DNA of 64,000 bases from Cyanobacteria bacterium UBA1221 (GCA_002309425.1 DBXD01000066.1:9809-73808), one strand, 5' to 3'; numbered from the stretch's first letter, positions 9,943 to 19,722 are shown. Notes: generated by a model from the sequence alone, not told the origin. Numbers and translations: made by a program.

Positions 9943-10635
9943 ATGACAGACTACAAAGGTATAATATTCGATTTTAACGGAACTTTGTTTTTTGATTCAA
10001 AAATGCATTATAATGCATGGAAAGATTTTTCGGCAAAACTGAGAGGAATTCCCTTTTCCGACCAAGAAATGAGAGAACACATGTTCGGCAGAACAAACAA
10101 AGATATTATTGCTTATGCAATCGGAAAAATGCCTGATGATGAACTTGTAGAAGACCTTGGAGAAGAAAAAGAAAGTCTGTACAGACAAAAATGCAGAGAA
10201 CTGGGTAAAGACTGTAAACTTGCACCCTATGCAACAGATTTTTTGGACTACTTAAAACAAGAAAATTTTCCAAGAACAATTGCAACAATGTCGAACAAAA
10301 ACAACGTAGATTTTTTTATAGAGCAATTTAAGCTTGATAAATGGTTTGATTTAGAAAAGATTGTTTACGATAACGGCAAAATTAAAGGTAAACCTGCACC
10401 TGATATATATTTGCAAGCCGCAAAAAATCTCGGACTAAATCCTAAAGATTGTATAGTTATAGAGGATGCCATTTCCGGTATACAGGCGGCACACGCTGCC
10501 GGCATCGGAAGAATTGTTGCAATAGCATCAATGGAAGATACGGCTCTTTACAAAAGCATGCCGGAAGTAAGCCACATAATAAAAGATTTCCGTAATTTTG
10601 AAGAAATATTATGTGTATGCGCTGAAGTTATTTAG
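9943..10635 (+). CDS. HAD-superfamily hydrolase (beta-phosphoglucomutase/phosphatase subfamily IA)
   Basis: Motif I IIFDFNGTLF (second Asp is Asn), motif II ATMSN, motif III GKPAPDIY, motif IV VIEDAISGIQAAHAAG. Confidence 0.8.
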   Translation: MTDYKGIIFDFNGTLFFDSKMHYNAWKDFSAKLRGIPFSDQEMREHMFGRTNKDIIAYAIGKMPDDELVEDLGEEKESLYRQKCRELGKDCKLAPYATDFLDYLKQENFPRTIATMSNKNNVDFFIEQFKLDKWFDLEKIVYDNGKIKGKPAPDIYLQAAKNLGLNPKDCIVIEDAISGIQAAHAAGIGRIVAIASMEDTALYKSMPEVSHIIKDFRNFEEILCVCAEVI

Positions 10636-11994
10636 TTCTGCCAGAATCGCCTGTTTTGCCGCAATAGAATCACCGTTATAACATTCTAAAAAGCTATATT
10701 CGTTACGTATTGGGTTACCGTTACCATCAAAATATCCGTCAAAATCCCATAACCAGGTATCATATGCACAATTTTCATCATACCCTTGCATTACGACACT
10801 GTTTGCACCCGTGCCCAAAGTTACTAAATCATGAAAACCTATACCCGCTGTTGCATTTACCTCTTGCGGAATAAAAGCATCCCCAAACGTAATATCATTT
10901 AACGAAGATAATTCAGGGATTCCTAAAGTATTTACGGCTGCTTGCGTTTCAGCACTCCATCCGCTAAAAACTGCTCTGTCTCTAAAGTCATCTTCTATCA
11001 GTTCGCAGGTATTGTAAGTTACCGCTTCATTTATAATATGTGTAGCGTGTATCAATTCGTGTGCCAAAACAGAAGCAAGATATACTTGCGAATAATTATT
11101 ATAAAACGCAGTTGAAGCCATAAGGACATCGCCTATTGTAACAGGTTCTCCGGCTTCAATTGCGACCCTTAACTGGGCTTCATTTGAATAAAGTCTGTCC
11201 GGCATAAAGGCTCCCGCATTCAGTATAATAGACCTATCCGTATGATTCATTGCAGCATTGTTACCCTGAGCATTATTGGGAACATTCAAATATTGTTCAG
11301 GCAGAAAGCTACTGCTGTATGAGCCTAAAATTACCGAATTGGGGGTTGATTCTGCGAAAAGATAATCATCACCAAACCCTACCGGGAAATCACAATTCTC
11401 AATTTGCTTCCTCAGCCTCAAAAGGAAGGATAATTTCACTTCGGAATCCCCTCGTGCAATGCCTTCCGCTACATTGTCCTGATAATTAATAATCATATCA
11501 TCCAGCCAGTCAGCCAGTATATTAACAGCCCCTGTAAGCAGGGTTCTTTGCTGCGCCTCGTTATAAAGAGGACTGTATTGCAAACAGCCTATAAGTCTGC
11601 TGGTATTAGTATGTTCTGACAGGGCATGTGACTCAGGAACCCAGACAGCTCCTTCCGGAGGAAGGGTTGGAACGTACGTTGTATGTCCTATTATTTTTGG
11701 TTTGTAGGCAGCATTCCTCCCGATATTTACGGCTGAAAATTCCGTTGAGGCATTTGCATTTTCGGAAATTACCGAATTAATTATGCCGGCTTCCTGATTT
11801 AAAGTATCTATTTCATCCTGAACCGCTCCTGAAATTACGTCAGAGCTCTTCCTTACAATACCCACAACCGGTGCATAGTCGGTACTTGCCGTCATTTTCA
11901 AAAAGGAAGGCGTACATATTTTTACGGCTTCTTCATTCTGAGTGCCATGTTCAAAACGAGTAATATTTATTTTTTGAAAGTTTATTTCTGACAT
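10609..11994 (-). CDS. hypothetical protein with HExxH zinc-metallopeptidase motif
   Basis: 461-aa ORF starting 2 nt after the stop of the upstream 680-aa gene (operon). The only recognisable feature is SVLAHELIHATHIINE. No signal peptide. Confidence 0.55.
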   Translation of the reverse strand: MSEINFQKINITRFEHGTQNEEAVKICTPSFLKMTASTDYAPVVGIVRKSSDVISGAVQDEIDTLNQEAGIINSVISENANASTEFSAVNIGRNAAYKPKIIGHTTYVPTLPPEGAVWVPESHALSEHTNTSRLIGCLQYSPLYNEAQQRTLLTGAVNILADWLDDMIINYQDNVAEGIARGDSEVKLSFLLRLRKQIENCDFPVGFGDDYLFAESTPNSVILGSYSSSFLPEQYLNVPNNAQGNNAAMNHTDRSIILNAGAFMPDRLYSNEAQLRVAIEAGEPVTIGDVLMASTAFYNNYSQVYLASVLAHELIHATHIINEAVTYNTCELIEDDFRDRAVFSGWSAETQAAVNTLGIPELSSLNDITFGDAFIPQEVNATAGIGFHDLVTLGTGANSVVMQGYDENCAYDTWLWDFDGYFDGNGNPIRNEYSFLECYNGDSIAAKQAILAELNNFSAYT

Positions 11995-11996
11995 AA

Positions 11997-14039
11997 TTAA
12001 GCCTTAAATGTATTGTATGAGTTCTCTATATTTTTACTCAGGACATTTTTAAGAGATTCCTCCTCCTGAAGGTATGCCTGATACTGGGTATCAATTTTCT
12101 TTTGATCCATTTCGTATTTCTTATCTTTTGCCTGAATATCCGCCATATCTCTTTCATATTCAACTTCTGCTTTTTTCATTGCATTTTCATCGCTTCTGTC
12201 TGTTATCATTGTACACATATCCAAGGCAATTGTTTCATAGAAAACACCTCCTATTGAAACTGTCTGCGTTCCTTCACTGTCCGTTTCTTTTACAAGCATA
12301 TAAGCTCCGCTTCTCAAACCTTCCTCTAATGCCCGGGAAGATATCTGGAAAGTAGGGTCTTCAACTAACTGCATTTCGTATCTGTCAACCATCTCATACT
12401 GAGGTATTTGTTGATAACCGATAGGATCCATAGAGGTATTAGGAGCTACCTGCCCGTTTACCAATCCCTGACTTTGCAGTTCTGATAAGTTCAATACTGC
12501 TAAGCCGTTATTAATTGCGGTCGTTTGTATTTGATCGGTATAACCCGGAGCTCCCGGGTTCAACCAAACTTGCGCATTGTAATTACCACCTGATACCAGC
12601 GGCACATTTACAGTCTCATCCAAAAATGTTGGAGGCTGCATAGGTTGTCCGTTTCCAAAATACGGATTATCTTCCTGTTGCCAATATAAAACACTATTGT
12701 TATTTCTTGTATCTAAAGCCATCATATTTGTAATATTAGACTCAAGAACAGGACCCCAGTTTGCCAAATCCGTACCATTTATAGGGAAACCTCCTGCATT
12801 TGTGATACTGCCTAATGAAATACAATTATTTATTATAGTTTCATAAGTATCATCACCTATAAAACCGTTTATTGAATTTGAATAATCAAGTCCGCTTCCT
12901 AAATATATATTTACGTCCGAATAGCAATTTTCTATAACATTATTCGGACTTCCATAATCTGTATTTACATTAGCCCCGATAAATCCACCGATATAACCAA
13001 AACTGGAATCCGCATACGGAACATTTATTGTACCTGTTGCCGCAGTATTATGGATAGAACCGTTATTATATCCGACGACCCCGCCGACTCCGGCTCTTTC
13101 GCTATCGTATCCTTCGGGATAATCAGTATTATGCAAAGTACAAGTAATACTTACATTTGTAACATTACAATTTTCAATTATACCGCCTTCACCCAAATAA
13201 CCGGCAAGACCACCGATAGCATCGGTTTCCGCACTGATTACCGCTCCGTTGATATTTATATTTTTTGCAACTCCGTACAAATCTCTGAACAACCCTTGGG
13301 TACCGTTCAAGCCGTTTATGGTTACTCCGTTTCCGTCGAACACACCCTGGAAATATGGAATTCCTGCGCTTGTGTAGTTTGACATATCAACAACCATATT
13401 ATCGTCAAATACGAAATTTTGCTCTAATGTATTATGAAAATCTCCATTTGCGATATCATTCTGAATAGCCGCCAAAATTGCATCAAAACCTTCCTGAGAT
13501 TTTATAACTATGGCATCGAGATTTTGAGTAGCCCCATTAATATTTGTTGTATATGTCATGACTTCTAAATCATTTGTTCCTAAGCCTGTACTGCTGACAA
13601 TTGTTTGCATTGTAGCGGTATTAGCATTAAAACCGGCATTTCCACTGGGCGGAGCCGAAAAACCACTTGACGGCACCGGTTCCAGAGGATATATCGGCGC
13701 ACCATCAACATAACCGGCAACAGCCTGGTATGTACCTGTTACGACTTTCTCCCAGTTGTAGCCGAGTATTTTAGAACCGTCGGAAACTCTTAACCCGCTG
13801 GCTCTTAGGTTATCAAGCGTTATAAGCTGGCTTTGAGCAGCCATTCCGCCTGCCGTAAAAATATTTGTATCCAAAAACAAACGGCTGGAATTTAGAGCTT
13901 TTATGTACCTTTCCTGAATTTGCTGCGTATCAAGCGCCAGTCGCATTTTGGCATCAGAAACCAACTGTCCCTTTAATGACAAATTATTTAACTGTGCCGT
14001 TAAATACAATAATCTTGCTTGTGATGCTGACATTCCCAT
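11997..14039 (-). CDS. GLUG-motif protein with N- and C-terminal coiled-coil segments
   Basis: 680 aa. Centre has FQGVFDGNGVTINGL followed by four GLUG-type repeats (IGGLAGYLGEGGIIENCNVT, VGGVVGYNNGSIHNTAAT, IGGFIGAN...VIENCYSD, INGFIGDDTYETIINNCISL). N-terminus MGMSASQARLLYLTAQLNNLSLKGQ. The K/E/Q-rich C-terminal ~70 aa look helical. AAGGAA RBS. Confidence 0.65.
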   Translation of the reverse strand: MGMSASQARLLYLTAQLNNLSLKGQLVSDAKMRLALDTQQIQERYIKALNSSRLFLDTNIFTAGGMAAQSQLITLDNLRASGLRVSDGSKILGYNWEKVVTGTYQAVAGYVDGAPIYPLEPVPSSGFSAPPSGNAGFNANTATMQTIVSSTGLGTNDLEVMTYTTNINGATQNLDAIVIKSQEGFDAILAAIQNDIANGDFHNTLEQNFVFDDNMVVDMSNYTSAGIPYFQGVFDGNGVTINGLNGTQGLFRDLYGVAKNININGAVISAETDAIGGLAGYLGEGGIIENCNVTNVSITCTLHNTDYPEGYDSERAGVGGVVGYNNGSIHNTAATGTINVPYADSSFGYIGGFIGANVNTDYGSPNNVIENCYSDVNIYLGSGLDYSNSINGFIGDDTYETIINNCISLGSITNAGGFPINGTDLANWGPVLESNITNMMALDTRNNNSVLYWQQEDNPYFGNGQPMQPPTFLDETVNVPLVSGGNYNAQVWLNPGAPGYTDQIQTTAINNGLAVLNLSELQSQGLVNGQVAPNTSMDPIGYQQIPQYEMVDRYEMQLVEDPTFQISSRALEEGLRSGAYMLVKETDSEGTQTVSIGGVFYETIALDMCTMITDRSDENAMKKAEVEYERDMADIQAKDKKYEMDQKKIDTQYQAYLQEEESLKNVLSKNIENSYNTFKA

Positions 14040-14127
14040 GATAGTATTCCTTTTTTATATTCCTAATCGCTTTATCGGCATATTGGAAAGAATACTTTAA
14101 TTTTTACACGGCATTGTTAACTTTTTG

Positions 14128-14427
14128 TTACATTTTATTTTGATTTATTAATTCAAGTTTTTTTAATCTGGAAAGTTTTTTTATTCTTCTTTCTTCCTTC
14201 TGAGCCTCAATTTTATCCGCACAAAGTTTTGAGTATACAATTTTTACCGGTTTGTTTGCTCTTGTATATTTAGCGCCTTTACCGGACTTATGCAGCTCAA
14301 ATCGGCGTTGTACATCATCAGTATATCCGCAATACAAAGTATTATTTTCTGTCAGCAGAATATATACATAAAAATCTTTATCCATAAAACTAATATAAAA
14401 AAGAATGCCGGACTTTACATCCGACAT
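14128..14427 (-). CDS. GIY-YIG nuclease family protein (UPF0213-like)
   Basis: FYVYILLTENNTLYCGYTDDVQRRFELHKSGKGAKYT...EAQKEERRIKKL. The true start is probably the MDKD Met at 14385. Confidence 0.85.
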   Translation of the reverse strand: MSDVKSGILFYISFMDKDFYVYILLTENNTLYCGYTDDVQRRFELHKSGKGAKYTRANKPVKIVYSKLCADKIEAQKEERRIKKLSRLKKLELINQNKM

Positions 14428-14462
14428 CTTATGTATAAATTATAAGGGAAGAAAATTTCTTG

Positions 14463-14846
14463 TTAACCGACAGAGGTAAAACCTCCGCCCATAGAGCAGG
14501 AGCCGCCGCTAAATCCCGAGGAAGCGACCGAACCGCAACCCGCACCGCCAAAGCTGCCGTAAGATGCTCCTTCTGACAATGCTGCCATTGCATTGGCAAA
14601 TCCCTGCATAAATGCTGAATTGTTTGCCAGATTTGCCCTGCCTTCTTTTGAATAACTGCTAAAATCTATATTCAGGGAGAACGGATTTGTCGGTATAAAC
14701 ATATCATAATTATATACCGGAGGTACGGAAAATAGCGGACCGTAATCCATCATTGCCAACGAACCTGTTGTTTCCGACTCTTTTTGTGAAGATGCCGATT
14801 GGAATGCGCTCATCTCATTAGACTTATTTGTAGAAATTCCGTTCAT
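14463..14846 (-). CDS. hypothetical protein with Gly/Ser/Cys-rich C-terminal tail
   Basis: 127-aa ORF with AAGGAG RBS. C-terminus GASYGSFGGAGCGSVASSGFSGGSCSMGGGFTSVG. N-terminus MNGISTNKSNEMSAFQS. Confidence 0.5.
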   Translation of the reverse strand: MNGISTNKSNEMSAFQSASSQKESETTGSLAMMDYGPLFSVPPVYNYDMFIPTNPFSLNIDFSSYSKEGRANLANNSAFMQGFANAMAALSEGASYGSFGGAGCGSVASSGFSGGSCSMGGGFTSVG

Positions 14847-15100
14847 ATCTGACTCCTTAATATCTTCGTGTTACATATATATAAAAAATTTTTTAATATC
14901 CGAATTTCAAGAGTCTTTTATTTTGTAACAAATATTTACAAAAAGGCTCTGATATACGTTATTAGGTAATATTGCACTATGGTTCCCGTAAATTACGGTA
15001 TTTTCATTTGCCGGCAAGACGGATAAGAACCTGCTTTCCCGTTCCTCTTTTGCTTTATCATAAATTAAGATATACAAAATGTAACAGTCACACAAACATA

Positions 15101-15129
15101 TAGCAAAAAAAAATATTTAGCGGTTTAAT
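15101..15129 (+). promoter_or_regulatory. putative promoter TAGCAA-N17-TTTAAT, 7 nt before the ATG (leaderless mRNA predicted)
   Basis: TAGCAA at 15101-15106, TTTAAT at 15124-15129, ATG at 15137, no SD in between. The same module is seen upstream of several other lineage-specific genes. The reverse strand reads TTGCTA-N17-TACATT, so a divergent promoter is an alternative. Confidence 0.35.
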
Positions 15130-15136
15130 AAATTAT

Positions 15137-16543
15137 ATGAAAATACAATCCATGTCGGAAAATCAACCTATATTTAAAGGTGTAGGAGGTGCCGCAGCCT
15201 TTTTAGAAGAAAATGTCATGCTAAACAAGGCTCTTCTTGATGCGTCCGTAGACATTCCTTTTGTGTGCTTATCTAATAATAAAACAGAACGCAAGGAAAG
15301 ATTAAGGCGAGTTTTGGTTAACTATACGCTGTGTTTTTTGAGTCCCTTTGTAACCCTGCCGCTCACTAACCGACTTGCAATGAAACATGTTGCAAAACTA
15401 ACAAAAAGTTTTTCAGCAAATGGTAATAATCTTATTCATTTATCAAATAAATACTTGACATCAAAAGAAGCAACAAAAAAAGGAATCGAAGAACTTGCAA
15501 AAAAATATGATTTTAGTGAACTTTTAGAAAAATGTAATTACGACTATGAAAAGGTTCGCCAAACTATATTATCAAATATAAAAAATAACGACTTTCCGCA
15601 ATTACCCAAGAGATTTTTAAGATCCAAAGAGGCAACAAAACGAGGTATAGAAAAAATTTCAAAGAAATTTGATTTTAAAGAAATTCTGGCAAATAACGGT
15701 AATGACTACGAAAAAATCCGACAAGGCCTGATTAAAGCTAAGAACGCTGTTTTGAGTTTTGATTTTCTGTTTTCAACGGGTTCTGTTGCGGGTATGGCAT
15801 TCTTAAATAATGCCCTAACCAAAAAGAAAACCAATATGGACGGATACTCTGCAGAATTTGAGATGGCAGACAAGGAAACAGTAAGAAAAAGAGCAGAAAA
15901 ATACAAAAAGACCGCGCCTGTGAGAAAAGGGATTACGGCATCCATAGTTGCCTTGTCAGCATTACTTCCGTTTGCACTAAGAAAAGGGATGCTATCCCCC
16001 AAACTCACAGGACTTGCAGGATATATCAAAAAGCATGCCGATAAATTCGATTACACTAACGGCATATTTATGAAGCGATTACCGCTATTTTTATTTTGCA
16101 CAGGTGCCTTTACGGGAGTAGCACTTGCTTCAAGAAATCAAACCGAAGTTAAAAACAATCTTATACTTAACGGAACAGGAATAGCCGTTTATTTCGGCGG
16201 GGATTTATTAATAAACAGTTTACTTTCAAAAGCCTCGGACAAGATTTTTAAGACAAATATCATCGATAAGAAGGCACCAAAAACATTAATGAACAGAATT
16301 GTTACCCCGACAATTCCGATAAAAGATCTCTCAGGTAAATCCAGAACCATTGCCGCAATTAATTTCTTTATAAATTTTGCAGTTATAGCCGCTTTATACG
16401 GGTTTGGGGTTCCGACTCTTATAAATAAAATTGTCAGAAAAGATGTCGCGAAAGAAAAAAGCAATCAGTTACCCAAAATAAATTTCAGTAACGAAATTAT
16501 AAAAAGGGATATGGAAAACAGAACAGCCCTGCATTTAAAATAA
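15137..16543 (+). CDS. hypothetical multi-pass membrane protein with internal tandem ~41-aa repeat
   Basis: 468 aa. N-terminus MKIQSMSENQPIFKG. Repeats YLTSKEATKKGIEELAKKYDFSELLEKCNYDYEKVRQ and FLRSKEATKRGIEKISKKFDFKEILANNGNDYEKIRQ. Several hydrophobic segments in the C-terminal half. Confidence 0.6.
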   Translation: MKIQSMSENQPIFKGVGGAAAFLEENVMLNKALLDASVDIPFVCLSNNKTERKERLRRVLVNYTLCFLSPFVTLPLTNRLAMKHVAKLTKSFSANGNNLIHLSNKYLTSKEATKKGIEELAKKYDFSELLEKCNYDYEKVRQTILSNIKNNDFPQLPKRFLRSKEATKRGIEKISKKFDFKEILANNGNDYEKIRQGLIKAKNAVLSFDFLFSTGSVAGMAFLNNALTKKKTNMDGYSAEFEMADKETVRKRAEKYKKTAPVRKGITASIVALSALLPFALRKGMLSPKLTGLAGYIKKHADKFDYTNGIFMKRLPLFLFCTGAFTGVALASRNQTEVKNNLILNGTGIAVYFGGDLLINSLLSKASDKIFKTNIIDKKAPKTLMNRIVTPTIPIKDLSGKSRTIAAINFFINFAVIAALYGFGVPTLINKIVRKDVAKEKSNQLPKINFSNEIIKRDMENRTALHLK

Positions 16544-16700
16544 GTACGCCAAAATAGCATTTGGCGACTGTTCTTCAAAAAGCGGCAGTCGGTACGGAAC
16601 TGATTTTTTAACACATTTATCAAAAAATAAATCTGGGGACTTAGAGCAAATTCCTCAGGCAAATTGCAAAAATCTTCGGATAAAAATGTTTATCTGTTTA

Positions 16701-17186
16701 TTAAGATTCTCTGTGACCAACATTTAACTTGTGGTCAATAACGGCAGTACGCTGATTTTTATTAAAATGCGCAACAACTGCCTTATACCCGAATACTGCT
16801 GCAGCCGCAATGCCTGAAATAACTTTTCCTGCTTTACCTATATGTTTAAGCGGATGTTTAATAACTTCTTTTAAGCCGGGGCCTTCTTTTACAAAAGCTT
16901 TAGGTAATGCTCTGAATATCCAGGCCACACCTGCTGTTGCAACACCGGCTGCGCCGCCCCATAAAACGGCTTTTGCATATCCTTTTGAAAGTTCATCCGT
17001 TGCCGCAAAGAATTTCCAGACATTTCCAAAACGTTCTTTCAGCGTTTTTCTGTGCTTTTTACCTTCGGAATTTTCCTGAACAAATTTATCCTGCTCCGGT
17101 TTAACTTCCGGTGATACGTTCTGTGGTGCACTCTGCGGAGCCTGAGCATCCGCTTTAAAACTTATTGAACTAAATCCTACTTTCAT
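16701..17186 (-). CDS. hypothetical small membrane protein
   Basis: 161 aa with AAGGAG RBS. N-terminus MKVGFSSISFKA, then a P/Q-rich spacer. Two Gly/Ala-rich hydrophobic segments (VLWGGAAGVATAGVAWIF, VISGIAAAAVFGYKAVVA). Confidence 0.55.
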   Translation of the reverse strand: MKVGFSSISFKADAQAPQSAPQNVSPEVKPEQDKFVQENSEGKKHRKTLKERFGNVWKFFAATDELSKGYAKAVLWGGAAGVATAGVAWIFRALPKAFVKEGPGLKEVIKHPLKHIGKAGKVISGIAAAAVFGYKAVVAHFNKNQRTAVIDHKLNVGHRES

Positions 17187-17209
17187 AATTAAGACTCCTT
17201 ATTGCAAGT

Positions 17210-17239
17210 ATTAAAGCACTAAAATATTTTTTTTTGCTA
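17210..17239 (-). promoter_or_regulatory. putative promoter TAGCAA-N18-TTTAAT for the 16701..17186 gene
   Basis: The minus strand reads TAGCAAAAAAAAATATTTTAGTGCTTTAAT, followed by a ~20-nt leader with AAGGAG. Confidence 0.3.
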
Positions 17240-17365
17240 TTTGTAAACAAAAATTTACAAAAAATATTACATAATGTTATCTTAATAAAAATTTATAATA
17301 TGCCGAAAAATAGCAATTAAAAATTTTTATGTGCGTATTAAATATTAAACGGAAAACATGTTTTT

Positions 17366-18442
17366 ATGATTATCGCATCTTTTCAGAACTTAAACAACAA
17401 TTTTAACAAATATTCAAGTCCCGCTTTTGGCAATTTAGGTCTTTTTAAAAAGTTCCCAAGAAGTTATGCCCAAAATGTAGATACGTTTATAGGCACTTTG
17501 GCAGAAGCAGCGGCAAAGAAAACGCGGGAACCCTTGGGGTTGGACGGATTATTATTAGAGGCTTTCCGTCCTATGTATTTTGATGATAGTAAGGGAAACT
17601 TCCTGTGCACAAGCATTTTTTGGGGGCAAGTACCTTCCGGAAAATTCTGCATATTTTTACACGGTGGCACATCTAACGTAGAAAATTATCGAGGGCTATA
17701 TGAATCATTAGTCAAAAAAAACATAACCGTAATTCCATTAGAATACGCAGGATATGGCTGTAACAGACGTACCCGGGCTAATTTTGATAATGTTATGGGC
17801 TCTGCAGAAGATTTATATGACTATCTGACAAGAATAAGACTAATGGATCCTAAAAACATTTCTATTTTAGGATACTGCATGGGCGGACAGGTTGCGGCTA
17901 ATCTTGCATCAAAAGTCAAGTGTGATTCGCTTTTTCTGGTAAACCCGCTTACACACCTGACAGATATGTCTGATGGCTATCTTAAAAGTAAAAATTATCA
18001 AAAAAGTTTTGTCGAGAGGTGTTTGGATAAAATTTCATACAGGAAACCTTTTGCTAAATATAAAATACTTAAACAGATGAACGCTTATGATAATGCCGAA
18101 AATATAAACTGTCCGGTATATATAGTTTCTTCAAAGAGTGATGCTGTAATGTATCCCAAATTTATAAAAAAATTTGCAGATAAACTGAGATCTGACGGTG
18201 TTAGTGTTGAATATATACCTGAAATAGGAGATTCTCACAAATTTACTGAAGAAAAAATAGAGTTTGTTACTTCGATGTTACAAGACAGATTGATAACGGA
18301 CACCGATTATCTTATTTGGAAAAATTTTGGATTTATTAAACCCGGCACCGAGGAAAAAATCCAAAGACTCGCTAAAAAAGATCCGCATTCTCCGGTTAAG
18401 GACTGGACTTCAATTAATTTAATTAATTATCCTTCAATTTAG
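17366..18442 (+). CDS. alpha/beta hydrolase, dienelactone-hydrolase-like (Cys nucleophile) with ~60-aa N-terminal extension
   Basis: Nucleophile elbow ILGYCMGGQVA (G-x-C-x-G as in dienelactone hydrolase GYCLGG). Acid SSKSDAVM. His GDSHKF. N-terminus MIIASFQNLNNNFNKYSSPAFGN. Confidence 0.7.
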   Translation: MIIASFQNLNNNFNKYSSPAFGNLGLFKKFPRSYAQNVDTFIGTLAEAAAKKTREPLGLDGLLLEAFRPMYFDDSKGNFLCTSIFWGQVPSGKFCIFLHGGTSNVENYRGLYESLVKKNITVIPLEYAGYGCNRRTRANFDNVMGSAEDLYDYLTRIRLMDPKNISILGYCMGGQVAANLASKVKCDSLFLVNPLTHLTDMSDGYLKSKNYQKSFVERCLDKISYRKPFAKYKILKQMNAYDNAENINCPVYIVSSKSDAVMYPKFIKKFADKLRSDGVSVEYIPEIGDSHKFTEEKIEFVTSMLQDRLITDTDYLIWKNFGFIKPGTEEKIQRLAKKDPHSPVKDWTSINLINYPSI

Positions 18443-18698
18443 GCTGACAAGAGTTTGAGGATTCTAAGGGGGAAACATTCTCTGTCATAATAACCGCCGC
18501 AGGTATGATTTCTGCACTACTCTCCCCTGTGTTTTCTGAAACTTTATCATCTGCATTAAGTATTTTGGCAACAACTATTGCTAAGTCACTCTGCGTTCCA
18601 TAGCCGTATTCAGGACTTGGGATGTTATGTTCTTTATTATCTTTCTTTGCAGAAAAGTTCGTCTGACTGTAACAATTTTGAATCTTATATATTCTCAT
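18423..18698 (-). CDS. hypothetical small protein
   Basis: 91-aa ORF with AAGGAGA RBS. N-terminus MRIYKIQNCYSQTNFSAKK. Convergently overlaps the neighbouring gene end by 20 nt. Confidence 0.4.
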   Translation of the reverse strand: MRIYKIQNCYSQTNFSAKKDNKEHNIPSPEYGYGTQSDLAIVVAKILNADDKVSENTGESSAEIIPAAVIMTENVSPLESSNSCQPKLKDN

Positions 18699-18796
18699 AA
18701 GTATCTCCTTGATGCTTATATAAAAATTATAAAAACAAAAATTTTATATTTCAGCAACATATTTTAACAAATCTTATAAATTTTATCGAGTATCCA

Positions 18797-19618
18797 ATGG
18801 CAAATTTATTTTTTTACAAACTTATAATAAGCATGATAAGTAACGGTATTAAATTTTCACCAACATACACAAAAGGTTCTACAAGGACCCATAATATCAT
18901 AAGGACCCAATTAAGCGAACAACTTTACTCCGAAGTAATGGATTTATTTGCGTCTCAAGCTTGTACCGAGGCTAAAAATAATCCAAAAGCCGGAGAGTAT
19001 ATATCCAAAGACCAGCTCAGAGAAATTTTTGTAAAAATATTACCGGAACCACTCAATTTTAAAATTCAAACCAGCACAAAAAGAGATATACAAAACAACC
19101 TTGGGGCAAGCATGTGTACAATATCTGACGAACAAGGTATTGATGGATACAGGCTCATTCTACCCTTAAAAGACAACCAATTATATATAGAAGACATCCC
19201 TGAACTCCTGCATGAAGCGGGACACTTGCTTGATTATGCGCTTAACCCTCAATATACAGCCAATCTCATTAGCATCGGGAATAAAGATTTTTATAAAAAA
19301 TTGGGTGAAATTTATGAAAAATTTTATTATACAATTACAGACTACTCATTATTCAGAATAAAAAGAGTAACAAAAGCTTTATTAAAAAATATGTCTTGCG
19401 AGGACAAGTTAAATGCTTTGAAAAATATAAAATTAAGACTAATGACCGAAAGCAACGCATATTTAACAGAAAATCACTATTGGCAAGAACTGAAAAAACA
19501 CCGTAAAGGAATGAAAAAAGCCCCCCCTCTATCCCCGTTGGATTTTCGCTTCCGAGAAAAAATCCGACTCATAAACAGTATGAGGTACAAAATTGTAGCA
19601 AAAGAACGCAAAAATTAA
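18797..19618 (+). CDS. hypothetical protein with HExxH metallopeptidase motif
   Basis: 273-aa ORF. IPELLHEAGHLLDYAL. The alternative start at 18833 gives MISNGIKFSPTYTKG. Confidence 0.5.
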   Translation: MANLFFYKLIISMISNGIKFSPTYTKGSTRTHNIIRTQLSEQLYSEVMDLFASQACTEAKNNPKAGEYISKDQLREIFVKILPEPLNFKIQTSTKRDIQNNLGASMCTISDEQGIDGYRLILPLKDNQLYIEDIPELLHEAGHLLDYALNPQYTANLISIGNKDFYKKLGEIYEKFYYTITDYSLFRIKRVTKALLKNMSCEDKLNALKNIKLRLMTESNAYLTENHYWQELKKHRKGMKKAPPLSPLDFRFREKIRLINSMRYKIVAKERKN

Positions 19619-19693
19619 AAGGCATCTAAATAAAATATGTACAGGTGTATAAAATTAAACCAATTTAATAAAACTTCATCTTTAACTTTAATT

Positions 19694-19722
19694 TAGCAAT
19701 TTTTATTTTCAGCAGATTTACT
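19694..19722 (+). promoter_or_regulatory. putative promoter TAGCAA-N17-TTTACT
   Basis: TAGCAATTTTTATTTTCAGCAGATTTACT, about 35 nt upstream of the 19758 ATG. The TTTTCAGC spacer element also occurs at about 18750 and 27750. Confidence 0.3.

Noticed and set aside
9943-10635. HAD motif I reads D-F-N-G-T (second Asp replaced by Asn), hinting at an inactive or mutase-dead enzyme.
   Set aside because: The other HAD motifs are intact and D-x-N variants may occur in active family members. This is insufficient to call it a pseudoenzyme.
14463-14846. The Gly/Ser/Cys-rich C-terminal tail (GGAGCGSVASSGFSGGSCSMGGGFTSVG) looked like a microcin B17/TOMM-type RiPP precursor core.
   Set aside because: No YcaO/cyclodehydratase, dehydrogenase, leader peptidase or ABC exporter is nearby. 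At 127 aa the protein is long for a precursor. Neighbours are a GIY-YIG nuclease and the GLUG operon. Kept only as a hypothetical CDS.
14907-15095. 62-aa ORF in the 290-nt gap between the 14463 and 15137 genes.
   Set aside because: It has no RBS and an odd Cys/Tyr/Ile-rich start, and it overlaps the putative promoter region. The gap is more likely a long 5' leader or promoter region.
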